From the human T2T-CHM13v2.0 reference genome, Homo sapiens, in NCBI RefSeq assembly GCF_009914755.1, contig NC_060926.1: a stretch of 64,000 nucleotides of DNA; one strand, 5' to 3'. The notes beneath the pieces were generated by a model that saw only the letters and a list, made by a program, of their open reading frames with translations, did no database searches and had not been told where the DNA came from. Each line of letters begins with the position of its first letter. The first letter of the stretch is position 1. The translations under genes and the position numbers were made by a program. This document shows, one piece after another, positions 49,528 through 64,000 of the stretch.

Positions 49528-50315
49528 TGAGGACGGTAAAGATCACCTGGGTACCATCGAGCAGACCATCCAAAGGCAAAACTCCTTATCTGAGAAATTT
49601 AGAAATATAATGAAAAGAACAAAGACCACCTGCTGGGCATCAAGCAGACCATCCAGAAGTAAAACTCCCTACCTGAGGAATTAGAAGTAATTAGACTTCC
49701 CTATTATCTAAAGCTGGCATCTGGTACCAGGCTTTTTTTTAAAATATATATATATTTTAAGTTCTAGGACACATGTGCAGAACATGCAGATTTGTTACAT
49801 GCCATGGTGGTTTGCTGCACCCATCAACCCGTCATCTACATTAGGTATTTTTCCTGATGCTATCCCTCCCCTAGCCCCCTCACCCCCCAACAGGCCCTGG
49901 TGTGTGATGTACCCCTCCCTGTGTCCATGTGTTCTCATTGTTCAACTCCCACAGTAGCAGGCTTAAAAAAATTATAAAGAGAATTTTGATATATTTATAG
50001 AATGCATGCAGGTCAAAACTCATTGTGCAACCCTTGATGATATCATGACACCAAAATGTGTACGGCACCAAAATGTCTACAATGTAATCATTTATCATGA
50101 CTTATGTTGCTAATACCGTCCAAATTACCCTTAAACTCTGGCTTTACAGTCCATAAATACCCATAGGGAAAAATCCACTGCTGTGTGCTCATACTTTCTA
50201 TTTAATAAAACTTTCGTTTTCAAACCTATAATATCATAGGTAAATGCTTCTTACTACCCTACAACCTTCAAACCAACCATTTTTTGATGTTGGGACTCTG
50301 ATGCCTCGCCAGGCA
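49528..50315 (+). mobile_element. MER83/MER84-like ERV1 solo LTR
   Basis: Twin (GAT/GAC)CACCTG...CCATCCA...AAAACTCC..A.CTGAG repeats; CCATAAATACCC TATA region; AATAAAACTTTC; CTCGCCAGGCA end. Confidence 0.85.
49735..49953 (-). mobile_element. Very short L1PA 3' end inserted in the LTR
   Basis: TSD GTA(C/G)CAGGCTT at 49724-49734 and 49954-49964. Confidence 0.88.
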
Positions 50316-50399
50316 GAAGCCATAAAAATTATTATTCATGAAGAAAGAATGGTGTTTGTCTGTTCCAACTTGTCTCAAGTCGACCTGAAGTACAGATAC

Positions 50400-53300
50400 A
50401 AGGGGCCTGTTTTAGTTTCATCTAATTAGGAACTCAGGATAAAAAAGTAATAGGCATTCTTCAGAAACACTGTAAGCAAATATACAACTTACAGCCACTG
50501 GGGGCAAAAGATTACAATTCAAAAGACACAATAGATCTACCGAATCGAAGGAAACAAGAGAACACTGAAACCATGAAAGCAAAAGCTGGAGAGAGTTTAA
50601 TTGGGAAATTATGGCTTCAAAAGTGTTTGTGAATACTGGACATTTTGGAAAGTAATGCATGTACCCAGAGCTAGATCCCTGCTCAGAAAAGATCTGAGAA
50701 GACTCTAAGCTTTGTCTTCTGGCTGATCATGAGGATCAGCACAAGCACTCGGTGAGAAATACGACAGAGTTGTAGAAAGCCTGGCTACACATTGAAAAAG
50801 GGTCCTAGCACAGAACTAATCTATGTAGATAGTAAGAGTTCCCTTTCTTATTGTTGTTCTTCTTCTTCTTCTGCTGCTGCTGCTGCTGCTTCTTTCTCTT
50901 TCTTTTCTTTCTCCTTTTCTGATGTTCAGTAAAATCTATGTCAAAACACTAACTAAATATAAAAGAACAGACTTCAGAAAACACATCAGATAAAGAAAAT
51001 AGACATTATAAAATTGTTTTGAAAACTTAGTAAACAATCAGCAATAAAATACATATTATGAGGGGGAAATACAGATCTTGAGTTACCACATTAGAATGTT
51101 CAAAATGTCCAGGTTTTAACAAAAAATTATAAGGCATGGAAAAAATCATGAATGTATGACTCATTCACAAAAGAAATTTACAGAAACCATCCCTGAGAAA
51201 GCATAAACATTGGATTTACTAGATACAAACTTTAAAGAAAGAGTCAACTATGCCCTTAAAGATCTAAAGAAAATCATGAAAAAGTACTAAAGGAAATCAA
51301 GAGAATGATGTATGCACAAATAGAAAATAACAATAAAAAGATTGAAATTATAAAAAGAAAGAAGTCCAAAACTTCTGTAGCTAGTAAGTACAGGAATTGA
51401 AATTTCAAGAAAATTATAAGAAAGTTTATATATTAGCTTCAAGCAGACAGAAGACATTACAAACAAACCTGAAGACAGATTCATTTAAATTATTCAGAAT
51501 GAGAAGAACAAAAAAAAATAAGGAAAGCTAATAGAGCTTACGAGACCACTGGGATATCATCAAGCATACCAATTTATGTATTATGAGAATTAAAGAAAAG
51601 TAAAGACAAAAGGAGATACAGAAAATATTATAAAAAATAATGGCCAAAACTTCTCACATTTAATAAATGACACTAATCTACATATTTAAGAAGTATAGTG
51701 CATTCTAGTAAAGATAAACACAAAGAGCTATATGTTGAGACACCTTATAACTAAATTGTTGAAAGCCAGTCAAATTAAACATTTTCAACAAAGCAAGAGC
51801 GAGATACTTTGTTACATACAAGGAATCTTCAGTAGGATCAATGGAAGATTTCTCATCAGAAGCCACAGAGGCCAAAGGGGAGTGGGATGGCATTTTTTTA
51901 AGTCCTAAAAGAAAAAAAGTTCTTGACAAATAATAATTTTGTCCAGCAAAACTAGTTTTCATATATGCAATAAAAATTAACACATCCTCAGATTTCTTTT
52001 TTAAAGCTGAGGAAGGGAATATGTCACTACTAACCATGTCCTAAAAGATGTATTCAGGGGAATTTTCCAGCCTGAAATAAAAATAAGCTAGACAAAGAGT
52101 TGAAGCTATATGAAGAAATAAAGAAATCCAGTAAAGGTAACTACATAGGTAAATATAAAAGACACTATCATTGTATTTTTGGCTTGTAATACCTCTTAAA
52201 ATTTCCTATATGACTTAAAAGTCAAATGCTAAAACATAACCATAAATGTATGGTAATACACATGGAATGAATAAAGATGTAGTTCCTGACAATGACAATG
52301 TAAGAGAGGGTGGAACAATATAGGAACAGAGTTTTGAATGCTATTAAAGTTAAGTTAGCATCAATTCAGACTACATGATTATAAATTTAGAACATTTCTT
52401 AAATTCTATGATAATCGCTAAGAAGAACTCAAAAATATACATATAAAAGTGTATGAGAGGGAAATCAAAACAGTACACTGCCAGTAATAAAAATAAGATG
52501 GTAATGAAAGAAATGAATAATGAACAGAGAACACATGTAGCAAAATATCAGAAGTAAGTTCTTTCTTTATCAGTAATTACCTTAAATATAAATAGATTCA
52601 ATTCTCATGTCAAGAGGCAGAGATTGGCAAAATGAATTTATAAAGAAAACCACTTGATCCCACTATGTACTATATATAAGGCTTATTTTAGATCCAACGA
52701 CATAAATAGGTAAAATATGAAAGGATGGAAAAAGGTATTCTACATATATACCAATAAAAAATGAAGTAGGCATGCTAATATCAGACATACACTTGAACTA
52801 AAAAGTATTTACAATAGAAAAAGAACAGCATATATTGATAACAGAGTCAAATCATCAAAAAAATTTAAAAATTATAATCCTATATGGACCAAAAAACATA
52901 GCCCCAAAATCTATAAAGCAAACATTGACAGAATTGAAGACATACAGAGTTCTACAATAATACTTGGAGTACCTTAATATCCCACTTTCAATAATAGATA
53001 GAACAACCAAACAGAAGATCAATAAAAAATAAAGAAACTGAAAAAACACTATAAACCAATTAGGCCTAACAGACATATAAAAAAGACTCCACCCAACAAT
53101 AGAATATACAGCATTATATACATTCTGCTCAAGTGTACACAGAACATCCCTTAGCACAGACCATATGTTAGGCCACATAACAAGTCTCAATGAATTTAAA
53201 ACTATTGAAATAACATAAATTAGCTTCTCAGATAAAATTAAATAAGCCACAAATAAATGACAGAGGGAAAACTGAAAAATTTACAAATACGTGGAAATTA

Positions 53301-54427
53301 CCCAACATGCTGTTGAACAACCAATGTATCAAATAATACATCACAAGAAAATGAGAAAATAATTATAGATGAATAAAATAAAAACATAATACACTAACAT
53401 GTATAAGATGCAACAAAATTATTTCTAAGAGGGAATTTTATAATGGTAAAACCTGTATTTTTTTTAAAAGGAGTATATCAAATAAATACATTAATGTTAC
53501 ACCTAATGCAATAAAAACTATTGCAAATTAAACCTAAAGCCTAGGAGAAGAAGGGAAATAATCAAGATTGGGGTAAACAAAATAGACAATATTAAAACAA
53601 TAGAAAGAATAAAAAACAAAAGTTAATTCTTCGAAAAAATTTATAGAATTGGCAAACATTTAGCTAGATTCACTAAAAAAAAATACAAAGTGCAAGAAAC
53701 ATATCAGAAATGTAAGTGGCAACGTTACACCAACATGACAGAAATGTGAAAAATGATTAAAAGAGAATACTATGAACAACTATACATCAGAAAATTAGAT
53801 AGGCTAGATGAAAAGGACAATTCTTAAAAACACACAATTACCAAAAGTGATTCAAGAAGAAACAGAAAATCTTAACAAACCAAATAACAAGTAATAAAAT
53901 TGAAGTAGTTATCAAAAATCTTACCAAAAAGAGCTCAGATCAGATGGTTTTGCTACTGAATCCTACCAAAAATTTTAAAGAAGGATTAACACTAATTCTT
54001 CTCAAGCTCTTAAAAAAATGAGTAAGATAGATAAGTAATTCAATGAGGCTAATATTACCCCTTATATCAAAGTAGAAAGCAAATGCGTAAGTACAGGAAA
54101 ATATGACTTTTGAATATAGATGTAAAAATCCTCAATAAAATAATACTGAACTGAATCCAGTAGCATATTAAAAGATTATACACTATGGCCAAGTGAGATT
54201 TATCCTAGTAATACAGTGTTTCAACATAAGCAAATCAATCAATATAATACATGTAACTAAAACAATAGGGGAATACCACATGATTATATCAGTCAATGCA
54301 GAAAAGTATTTGACAAAATCTAACACCACTTCATAAAAAAAAACTCTAAAAATTATCAATTGATGGGAACTTCCTTTACACAAGAAAGTGCATTCAAGAA
54401 AAATTTACGTCTAAAACGATACTCAAG
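50400..54427 (+). mobile_element. Old L1 (L1M4/L1MC-MB), 5' region, ORF1 and 5' part of ORF2
   Basis: GCTCAGAAAAGATCTGAGAAGACTCTAAGCTT; decayed ORF1 at ~51100-52150; endonuclease region from ~52570. Confidence 0.8.
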
Positions 54428-57400
54428 TGATGTCAGCAGTCTGACAGAGTAGAAGATACCAGCCTTCATCCCCTCACAAGAGACAGCAAATAGATACTTG
54501 TTCCGCAAAGGTCACTGGCATCTTTTGTCACTGAGATAAATAAGAGCCATTACTGCTTACTGGCCCCTTGGAGAGGATACGCTGCTGCACCCACCATCCA
54601 CAAGAGTGAGCCTCTGTTTTATTACCCTGGGACCAGGACCAACATATCTCTCAAATCTATGTGCAGCAGTTCCACGCATGTCTGTATTCCATATCCCAGC
54701 TCTGCAGCCACACTGCACGCCTGCACCTCAAACACTGAGGGCACTGACATTTAGACATTTAGAATGCCTGCAAGGCAGACTCAGTTCCCATAGGATTCCC
54801 TCAGCCATGACTTCTTCATGGGAGAAAAATAGATTAGGAAGATCCCAGTAGCCTTCACCACCAAAGACTGCACATTACCTTGGAGCCTCGGTGGATCTGC
54901 ACACACCAATGCCACACACTGTGGCTCCACCACCACTACATGAGTACCTATACTTTAGACATCTGAGCCACTGCCCCTGTACTCCAGACTCTAGCTCTGT
55001 GCCTCCACCGCTCATGTGTTTTTACCTCAAACACCAGAGCCACTGTATCACCATCTTTGTGGGCTAGACCATACCCCAGTTATTGCCACAGTGGGTCTCT
55101 CTGCATGTACCTGTCCTCTGGGTACCATTTCTACTGCTATATTGGGAGCAGCCACACCTTAGACATCTGAGCCACTACCACAGTGGGATATCCTGTGCCT
55201 CAGGCCCCGTAGCCACTGTCACTCCCCACCTTTCCATGATTCAGTACCCAGTTGCTCTATCAGCATTTGCACCTAACATACCACAACAAACATGGCAGCA
55301 GAGGCACCTGCTGAAGATCAATGAAAGTGGAAAAACAACATACCAAAACTTATGAGATGCAGCAAAAACAGTTCCAACAGTGAAGTTTATAGCAATAATG
55401 GCTATGTTCTAAAAAAAAATCTGTAAATAATCGAACGTTACACCTCAAGTATGTAAAGAAACAACAATAAACTAAGCTTAAAGTTATTAGAAGGAAGAAA
55501 ATACAAAGATAAGTGCTGAATGAAAGAGAGCCTAGAAAAAAATGGAAAATATTCACAAAACTAAGAATTGATTTTTTAAAAGATAAAATTGACAAACCTG
55601 TAGCTAGATTACAAAAAAAAGAGAAATCTCAAATAATAAAATCAAAACGAAAGAGGACAGACATTACAACTGATATTGTAGAAATACAAACGATCATTAG
55701 AGACTGCTATGAACAGCTATATGCCAAAAAATAAGAAAGAAAAAAATGAATAAATGCTTAAAAATATACAAACAACTGAGAATGAATCATGAAAAAATAG
55801 AATATATGAACAAATACCAAGTAAGTAGATTGATGAAGTAAAAAGTCTCTCATAAAAGGAAAGCCTAGGGCCTGTGTTATTACTGCTCCATTGTACCAAA
55901 TATTTAAAGAATTAATACCAATAATCTCAAATTTAACCAAAAATATAAAGAGGAGCAAACACTACTAAACTAATTTTACAAGGACAACATTACCCTGATA
56001 CCAAAGTCAGACAATAACACTAAAAAATACAAAATTGCAGGCCAACATCCCCATGAACATAGATGCAAAGCATTTACCAATTACAGACAAATAAAATTTA
56101 ACAGTATATTAAAATGATCGTATCCCTCAATCAAGTGGGATTTATCCTTGGAATGCAAAGATAGTTAAACATACACAAATACAAAAATGTGATACACTGC
56201 ATGAGCAAAATGAAGGATAAAAATCATATGATTATATCCTATTTGACAGTGTTCAAAATCCTTTTATAAAAAAAACTCTCAATAAATTAGATACAGAAAT
56301 AATCTACCTCAACTTAGTAGAGGTCATGTATTGCAAGGCCACAGCTAACATCATACTCAAAAGTGAAAACCAGAAAGCATTTTATCTACAATGAAGAATA
56401 AGATAAAGATCCCCACTCTCACCATTATATCCAACACATTAATAGTACTGGAAGTCCTAGCCAGAGCAATTAGGCAAGACAAAAAAATAAAGTGCATACA
56501 AATTAGAAAGGCAGATGTTAAATTGTCTGTTTGCAGATGGCATGATCTTATGTACAGAAAACCTTAAAGTCTCCACCAAAAGACAGAAATCATGAACAAA
56601 TTCAGGAAAGTTTCAAGATACAAAATCAACATACAAAAATCAATTGTGCTTCTATATGTTAACAATGAGCTAGTTGAAAACAAAATCAACAAAATAATCC
56701 CATTTAAAAGAGCATCAAAAATAATAAATAGGAATAAAGTTTAACAAGATGATGAAAAATCTATACACTGAAAAGTACAAAATAATGATGAAAGAAATCA
56801 GAGAAGATACAAATAAGTGGAAAGATACCCCATTTCCATTGCTTGGAAGAATGAATATTTTTTGAAATGCCCACACTACCAAAAGCGATCTACAGATTCA
56901 GCACAATCTCAATCAAAATTCTAATAGTATTTGTAACAGGTACAGAAAAAATGTTAAAATTCACATGGAACCACAAAAGACCCATAATAGCTAAAGCAAT
57001 CTTAAGAAACAAGAACAAAGCTGGCATAATATCTGATCTCAAATTATGTTTCAAAGGTATAGTAATGAAAACAGTATGGTACTGGCATTAAAAACAGACA
57101 CCTAGACCAATAAGACAGAAAGAGAATCTAGAAATAAGCCCATATATATATATTCAACTAATCTCCATCAAAGGTGCCAGGAATACACGAGGAGAAAATA
57201 GCCTCTTCATATAAATGGTGTTGTGAAACTGGATATGGACATGCAAAATAAAAAAAATTGAACTCATCTTTTACTAAAAAAATTAACTCAAAGTAAATTA
57301 AAGAATTGAGTATAGACCTAAAATTGTAAAACTCCTAGAGGAAAACATAGGTGAAAACCTTTTAGACATTATCTTGGCAATGACTTTTTTGGCTATGACA

Positions 57401-58622
57401 CCAAAAGCACAGGCAACAAAGCAAAAATTAATATTTGTGACTATATCAAGTTAAAATTTTCTGCACAGAAAAATAAACAACAAAATGAAATGCAACCCAT
57501 AAAATGAAATAAAATATCTGCAAACCATATATCTCATAAGAAGCTATTATCCAAAATATATTAAAAATTCATACAACTCAATATTATAAAGAGGTATTGC
57601 CTGATTAAAAAGTGAGAAGTGAGGAAGAATAGACATTTTCCAAGAAAGATATTGAAGTGAGCAATAGGCATATGAAAAGTGCTCAATACCTCTAGTCACT
57701 AGGAAGATGTAAATCAAAACCACAATGATATATTACTTTATATCTGCTAGGAGGGCTATTATCAAAAATACAAATGATAACAAGTATTGTTGAGAACATG
57801 AAGAAAAGGAAGCCCTTGTAAATCGTTGGTCAGAAAGCAAATTGGTACAATCATTATGGAAAACAGTATAAAGTTTCCAAAAAAAAATAAAAAAACAGAA
57901 CTACCATATAATCCAGTAATCCTCCTTCTAGATATATATTCAAAGGAGTTGAAATAAGGATCTTGAAGAGATATCTCTACTCTCATGGTCACTGAAACAT
58001 TATTTATAATAGCCAAGATACGCAAACAACCTAAGTGTCCATCAGTGGATGAATGGATAAAGAAAATGTGAAATATTCACACACACACACACACATATAT
58101 ATATACACACACATACATGCATACACAATGGAATGCTATTCAAACTTAAAAAAAGGAAATCCTTTCATCTGCAACAACATGGATAAACATCAAAGACATT
58201 ATGCTAAGTCAAATAAATCAGACACTGAAAGATAAATACTGCATGACATAACTTATGAGGGGAATCTAAACAATTCAAACTCTTAGAACTAGAATGGTGG
58301 TTACAATGGTTTGGTAGAGTGGTGATTCAATGGAGAGATGTTGGTCAAAGGGTACAAACTTTTAGTTACACCTGAATAAGTTCTGGAGTTCTAGTGTACA
58401 GCATGATTACTATAGTTAATAATGATATACTTTAAATTTGCTAAGAGAGATCTTAAATGTTTTCATCAAAATAAACATAACTATTTGAGATGATATATGA
58501 ATTGCTTATTTGGATTATGGTAATTCTTTTATAATGTATACATATATTAAATCATTATACACATCTTAAATATATATAGTTTTTATTTGTCAATTAGACC
58601 TCAATACAGCTAGAAAAAAAAT
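54428..58622 (+). mobile_element. L1MA7-10-like element with 5' UTR joined directly to mid-ORF2
   Basis: 5' start GTGATGTCAGCAG...GAGTAGAAG; repetitive 5' UTR to ~55310; ORF2 from GAAAGTGGAAAAACAACATACCAAAACTTATG; L1MA 3' end TTTATTTGTCAATTAGACCTCAATACAGCTAGAAAAAAA. Confidence 0.75.
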
Positions 58623-60292
58623 CAAAATAAAGGCAACCTACATTCTTGGATTGAGACTTAATATTGTTCAGATGTCAATACTACCCAGAGAAATCTACAG
58701 ATTCAGTGCAATCCCTATAGAATCCCAACAGCCTTGTTTGCAAAAATGATAAAAGCAATTCTCACATTTATATGAAATTTCAAGGGACTCAATAGCCAAA
58801 ATAATCTTACAAAAGAAAAAAAACTGAATGGCTCATGCTTCCTGATTTCAAACCCTATTACAAAGCAACAAATTCAAAACAGTGTGATACCAGAATAATA
58901 CATATATAGATTAATGGAATAGAACTGAGAGTCCAGAAGTAAACCATGAATCTATTGCCAATTAATTTTTGGCAAGGGTGTCGAGATCATCACTGGAAAA
59001 GAATGGACTTTTTAACAAATTGTGCTGGAATATCTGGATATCCACAGGCAAAATAATAAATTTTGAGACCTGCCACACATACATAAAAAGTACCTCAAAA
59101 TAGTTCAATCTAAATACAAGTGCTAAAACCATAAAACTAATGGTGAAGAAAACTTAGTAGTATATATTCATGACAAATCTATTGGATTTGTCAATGGATT
59201 CTTAGATATGACACCCAAAGCATGAGAAACAAAATAATAAAATAGATAAATTACACCTCATAAAATTAAAACATTTTTTGCATCAAAGGACATTATAAAT
59301 AAAATGAAAAGACAATTGCAGAATGGGAGAAAATATTTGCAATTCATCCATATTATAAGGGTCTAGTAAAGAGAGTATAAAAAGAACTTATAATGCAATT
59401 GCAAAAGGACAAACAACCTGATTAAAATATAAGCAGAGGACTTAAATAGACATTTCTCCAAAGAAAATATACAAATGGCCAACACATACATGAAAAGATG
59501 CTCAATATCTTTAGTCATTAGGGAAAAGTAAATCAAAACCACAATGAAGTACCACTTCATACCCAATAGGATAGTTACAAGTAAAAAGAAAAAAAATGGA
59601 AAATAAGTCATCATGAGAAATTGGAGAAATGGAAATATTTCTACATTGGTGAGGGGAATATAGAATGGTTCGGCTATATGGAAAAAATAATTTGGTGGTT
59701 CCTCAAAAATCTAACAGAATTACCATATAATCCCATAATTACAATCCTAGACATGTATCCAAAAGAGCTGGAAATGGAAATGAACTCAAGAAATGGACTC
59801 AAGAATTGGAATTGGAAATGGACTCAAACAAGTACATGCTGTAAGTACACAGCAGCACTATTCACAAGAGCCAAATGGTGGAAACAACAGAAATGTTCAT
59901 CGGTGGATGAATGGATACTCAAAATGTGACATATACATACAATGGAATATTATTCAGCATCAAAAGTGATGATACATGCTATTATATGAATGAATCTTGA
60001 AAACATGCTGAGTGAATGAGGCCAGACACAAAATATTACATACACTATGATTCCATTTAAATGAAATAGGCAGAATAGGTAAATCCATAGAGAGGGATAG
60101 CTGATTAGTGATTGCCAGGGAGAGGAGAAAATGAAGAATAACTATTTGTGGATACAGAGTTCCTTTTGGAGTGATGAAAATATTTTAGAACTAGACAGAG
60201 GTGATAGTTGCACAACACTGTAAATGTATTAAATGCCATCAAATTATCTAATTAGAAATACATTAATTTTATGTTATGCAAATTTCACCTTT
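58623..60292 (+). mobile_element. 3' part of old L1 (L1MB/MC), probably the continuation of 50400-54427
   Basis: ORF2 3' region and 3' UTR ending TTTATGTTATGCAAATTTCACCT. Confidence 0.8.
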
Positions 60293-60903
60293 TATTTGAC
60301 AATAGCTCATAAACATCGAGAGTATTCTGGAATATATTTAAACTATAATATATAAGCATTCATTGAATGACTTTTTGAAAAAAAAAATGGCCTGCCCCAA
60401 CTTACATGTTTAAGAATTGTAATGTATCTCTCTCATGTTTAGCTGAACATCTTAGTCCTTTCTTTATTGGATTTGTGCATAATATTTAATAAAATTTGAA
60501 TAATAAAACAAAAAATATTAATGCTTAGGGTTTTCAGATGTGGTTTATTACTTGGATTATGAATAGTGTTAAAATGAAGATTTTTCTTTATATTTTGATT
60601 GTGCAGCCATAATAAGAGAAGTAGGTGGCTGATATTCACCAAGTTAACTTATTGATATGTGCTGTGTCATTATTATGTGAGCTTTTAAAGTTAGTGCAAC
60701 ATAATGCAAAGAAAGTGTTACAATGAAAAGTAAGGCATGCCATTTTCGGTATCTGTAAGACTGTAGAAACCAATACATATTATATTTCTCATTATTGTAG
60801 TCAGGCCATGAAAATATGTGTATGTGTTTTCTCACCAGAAAATTTGCAAAGCTGAGAACATTTTACCAGATACAGTAATATTGCTTAAAAAATCATTACC
60901 TTC

Positions 60904-62567
60904 ACTGCTCAGGGAAATAAGAGAGGAAACAAACAAATGGAAAAACATTTCATGCTCATGGATAGGAAAAATCAATATTGTGAAAATGGCCATACTCCCT
61001 AAGGTGATTTACAGATTCAATGCTATTCTCATCAAGCTACCACTGACTTTCTTCACAGAATTAGAAAAAACTACTTTAAATTCCACGTGGAATCAAAAAA
61101 GAGCCCATACAACCAAGACAATCCTAAGCAAAAAGAACAAAGCTGGAGGCATCAGCTACCTGACTTCAAACTATACTACAAGGCTATAATAACCAAAACA
61201 GCATGGTACTGGTACCAAAACAAATATACAGACCAATGGAACAGAACAGAGGCCTCAGATATAATACCACACATCTACAACCATCTGATATTTGACCAAT
61301 CTGACAAAAACAAGCAATGGGGAAAGGATTCCCTATTTAATAAATGGTGTTGGGAAAACCAGCTAGCCATATGCAAAAAACTGAAACTGGACCCCTTCCT
61401 TATACCTATATAAAAGTTAATGCAAAATGGATTAAAGACTTAAACGTAAAGCCTAAAACCATAAAAATCCTAGAAGAAAACCTAGGCAATACCATTCAGG
61501 ACATAGACATGCACAAAGTCTTCATGTTTAAAACACCAAAAGCAATGGCAACAAAAGCCAAAATTGACAAATGGGATCTAATTAAACTAAATGGCTTCTG
61601 CTCAATAAAAGAAACTACCATCAGAGTGAACAGGCAATCTAGAGAATGGGAGAACATTTCTGAAATCTATCCATCTGACAAAGGGCTAATATCCAGAATC
61701 TACAAAGAACTTAAACAAATTTACAAGAAAAAAAAAACAACCCGATCAAAAAGTGGGCAAAGGATATGAATAGACACTTCTCAAAAGAAGGCATTTATGC
61801 AGCCAACAAACATGAAAAAAAGTTCATCATCACTGGTCATTAGACAAATATAAATCAAAACCACAATGAAATACAATCTCATGCCAGTTAGAATGGCGAT
61901 CATTAAAAAGTCAGGAAACAACAGATGCTGGAGAGGATGTGGAGAAATAGGAACACTTTTACATTGTTGGTGGGAATGTAAATTAGTTCATCCATTGTGG
62001 AAGACAGTGTGGTGATTACTCAAGGACCTAGAACCAGAAATACCATTTGACTCAGGAATCTCATTACTGGGTATATACTCAAAGGACTATAAATCATTCT
62101 ACTATGAAGACACATGCACATATATGTTTGTTGAAGCACTTTTCACAATAGCAAAGACTTGGAACCAACCCAAATCCCTATCAATGATAGACTGGATAAA
62201 GAAAATGTGGCATATATACATCATGGAATACTATGCAGCCATAAAAAAGGATGAGTTCATGTTCTTTGCAGGGACATGGATGAAGCTGGAAACCATCAGC
62301 AGACTAACACAGGAACAGAAACCCAAACACCGCATGTTCTCACTAATAATTGGGACTTGAACAAATAGAACACATGGACACAGGGAGGGTAACATCACAC
62401 ATGGGGGCCTGTGGGGGGGTTGGAGGCTAGGGAAGGGATAGCATTAGGAGAAATACCTAACGTAGGTGGCAGGTTGATGGGTGCAGCAAATCACCGTGGC
62501 ATGTGTATACCTATGTAACAAACCTGCACATTCCAAATATGTATCCCAGAACTTAAAGTATAATAAT
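60904..62567 (+). mobile_element. 5'-truncated L1PA7-like element
   Basis: ORF2 C-terminal fragments (ORFs 60818-62360); TSD AAAAAATCATTACCTTC (60887-60903) / AAAAAATTATTACATTC (62568-62584). Confidence 0.92.
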
Positions 62568-62629
62568 AAAAAATTATTACATTCTTTTGGTATGCTTAAT
62601 TTTTTTCACAAACTAATCAATTATTTATT

Positions 62630-63010
62630 TGTTTGTTTTTTCTTAATTTACTTTTAGTGATAAATAATATATATTCATTGTTACAATATGTGTTGATTTA
62701 TGTATACATTGTGGAATGGCTAAATTAAGCTAATTAACATTCTGTTATCTCACATACTTGTCATTTTGTGGTGCTGAGAACACTTAAAATCTACTCTCTA
62801 AGCAATTTTCAAGTATACAATGTATCGTTATGATAATTATTATCACTATGTACACCATGCTAGTTGTACAATAGATCTCCTGAACTTTTTTCTATCTATG
62901 TGAAACTTTTTAGCCTTTGACCAACATCTCCCCAGTCTCTCCTCACCATCAACTCCCAGCCAAGGCCCTGGTAACCACCATTCTACTTGGCTTCTATGAG
63001 TTTAAATCTA
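62630..63010 (-). mobile_element. L1MA7/8-like 3' end
   Basis: ATACATTGTGGAATGGCTAAATTAAGCTAATTAACAT...AAAATCTACTCTC...CCCTGGTAACCACCATTCTAC. Confidence 0.85.
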
Positions 63011-64000
63011 CTTTCAAATGCAATAGTCCATGATAGACAGCTTCCCTTTCCTTTAAAGCATTAAGAGATCGAGTAAGGGCAAGTAAATATTTTCAGGTTA
63101 AATACAATCACTTCAAAACTAAAAGGAATCACAACAAAACTTTTATTTTACAAAATTCTGACTCGAAGTTAAATATTCCTATATTTGATTCCTAGAGTTG
63201 GAAGGGGTCTTGCATTCACTATGTTCAATATGTGTTTTCTATAAAAGCAAAGATCAAGATCTAAAAATGTTACATGGCATTGCTGTGGTAATACAGATTA
63301 TTAGTGATGAAAACTGGATTAGAACTAGGGTTGTTTAACTGAGTTCAAAACACTGAAAATGTCTATCCTAAAATAATTACCACCGTCTTTCAAACCTAAG
63401 GCAGAGAATATATAAGTGATGTGAGCAAGGTTATACCGAGTTATCAAGAGACATTTGAAACAAGATATAGATTATAAATATGTTTGATGTTCTCTCTAAA
63501 CTGCTGTTATTTGTAGATATTTTAAACCTAAGGAGGTCATTAAATAAAACATTTAGAAAGCAAATGACATTATGATATACAGTACTAGTCTTTCTTCCAA
63601 TTGTGGAAGAAGCAGAGATAAAAAATTACCTTACAGAAGACATTATTCCAATAATAAGAAATGTAACAGAAGTTATCTTCTAATGATATGAGATGAATAT
63701 ATTTCCAAAATCAGAAGGGCAAATAACTCCATTTGTGGAGTTTGATGAGCCCTAAAATGTGGGTAATTTCCCTTTATCTATGAAGACTACTGTAAAAGTT
63801 CCAACATTAGTTTCCATTTGGTCCTCTTTTCAATATGATTAACTGAAGTATTTAGGTGGTTATTATGAGGTCTAATAAGGAGTTTGTGGGTGAAATTTAT
63901 AGTCTTTTAGAGGAACGCTTATGCTTGCTGAGCTGCGAAGCTAACGTTGCAAGGCAGTAGACACAAATGACTCGTGACAGGCAGTACAGTTTTCTAAGAG

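Noticed and set aside
49268-49684. 138-aa ORF with a coiled-coil-looking start
   Set aside because: The C-terminal part reads through a MER83/84-like LTR; no recognisable domain, promoter or exon structure
59770-59830. Short local repeats GAAATGGACTCAAG (also 6830-6875, 8980-9020, 50049-50083)
   Set aside because: Ordinary slippage duplications inside decayed repeats

Overview
This is human (primate) nuclear DNA: AT-rich, CpG-poor and mostly made of interspersed repeats, as expected in a gene desert or a very large intron. An Alu carrying all five AluYa5 diagnostic bases points specifically to human. I cannot place the locus. I find no protein-coding gene, RNA gene, CpG island or CRISPR array, and the longer ORFs I examined are mostly L1, Alu or LTR remnants; the rest show no recognisable product. 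I see no evidence of a new multi-gene biological system. The real signal is genome history: (1) a full-length old L1MA with nested insertions, including a twin-primed (5'-inverted) L1PA; (2) an L1PA with a probable 3' transduction; (3) an AluY containing a 5 x 25-bp minisatellite with GC-boxes, inside a ~2 kb zone of apparent A/T->G/C bias and CpG gain; (4) a four-level ERVL>Tigger1>THE1A>L1PA nest; (5) a 48-bp inverted templated insertion copied from a nearby Alu/flank junction; (6) two low-confidence exon candidates. Repeat subfamily names come from recognising consensus motifs by eye, not from RepeatMasker, and boundaries of old elements are approximate.
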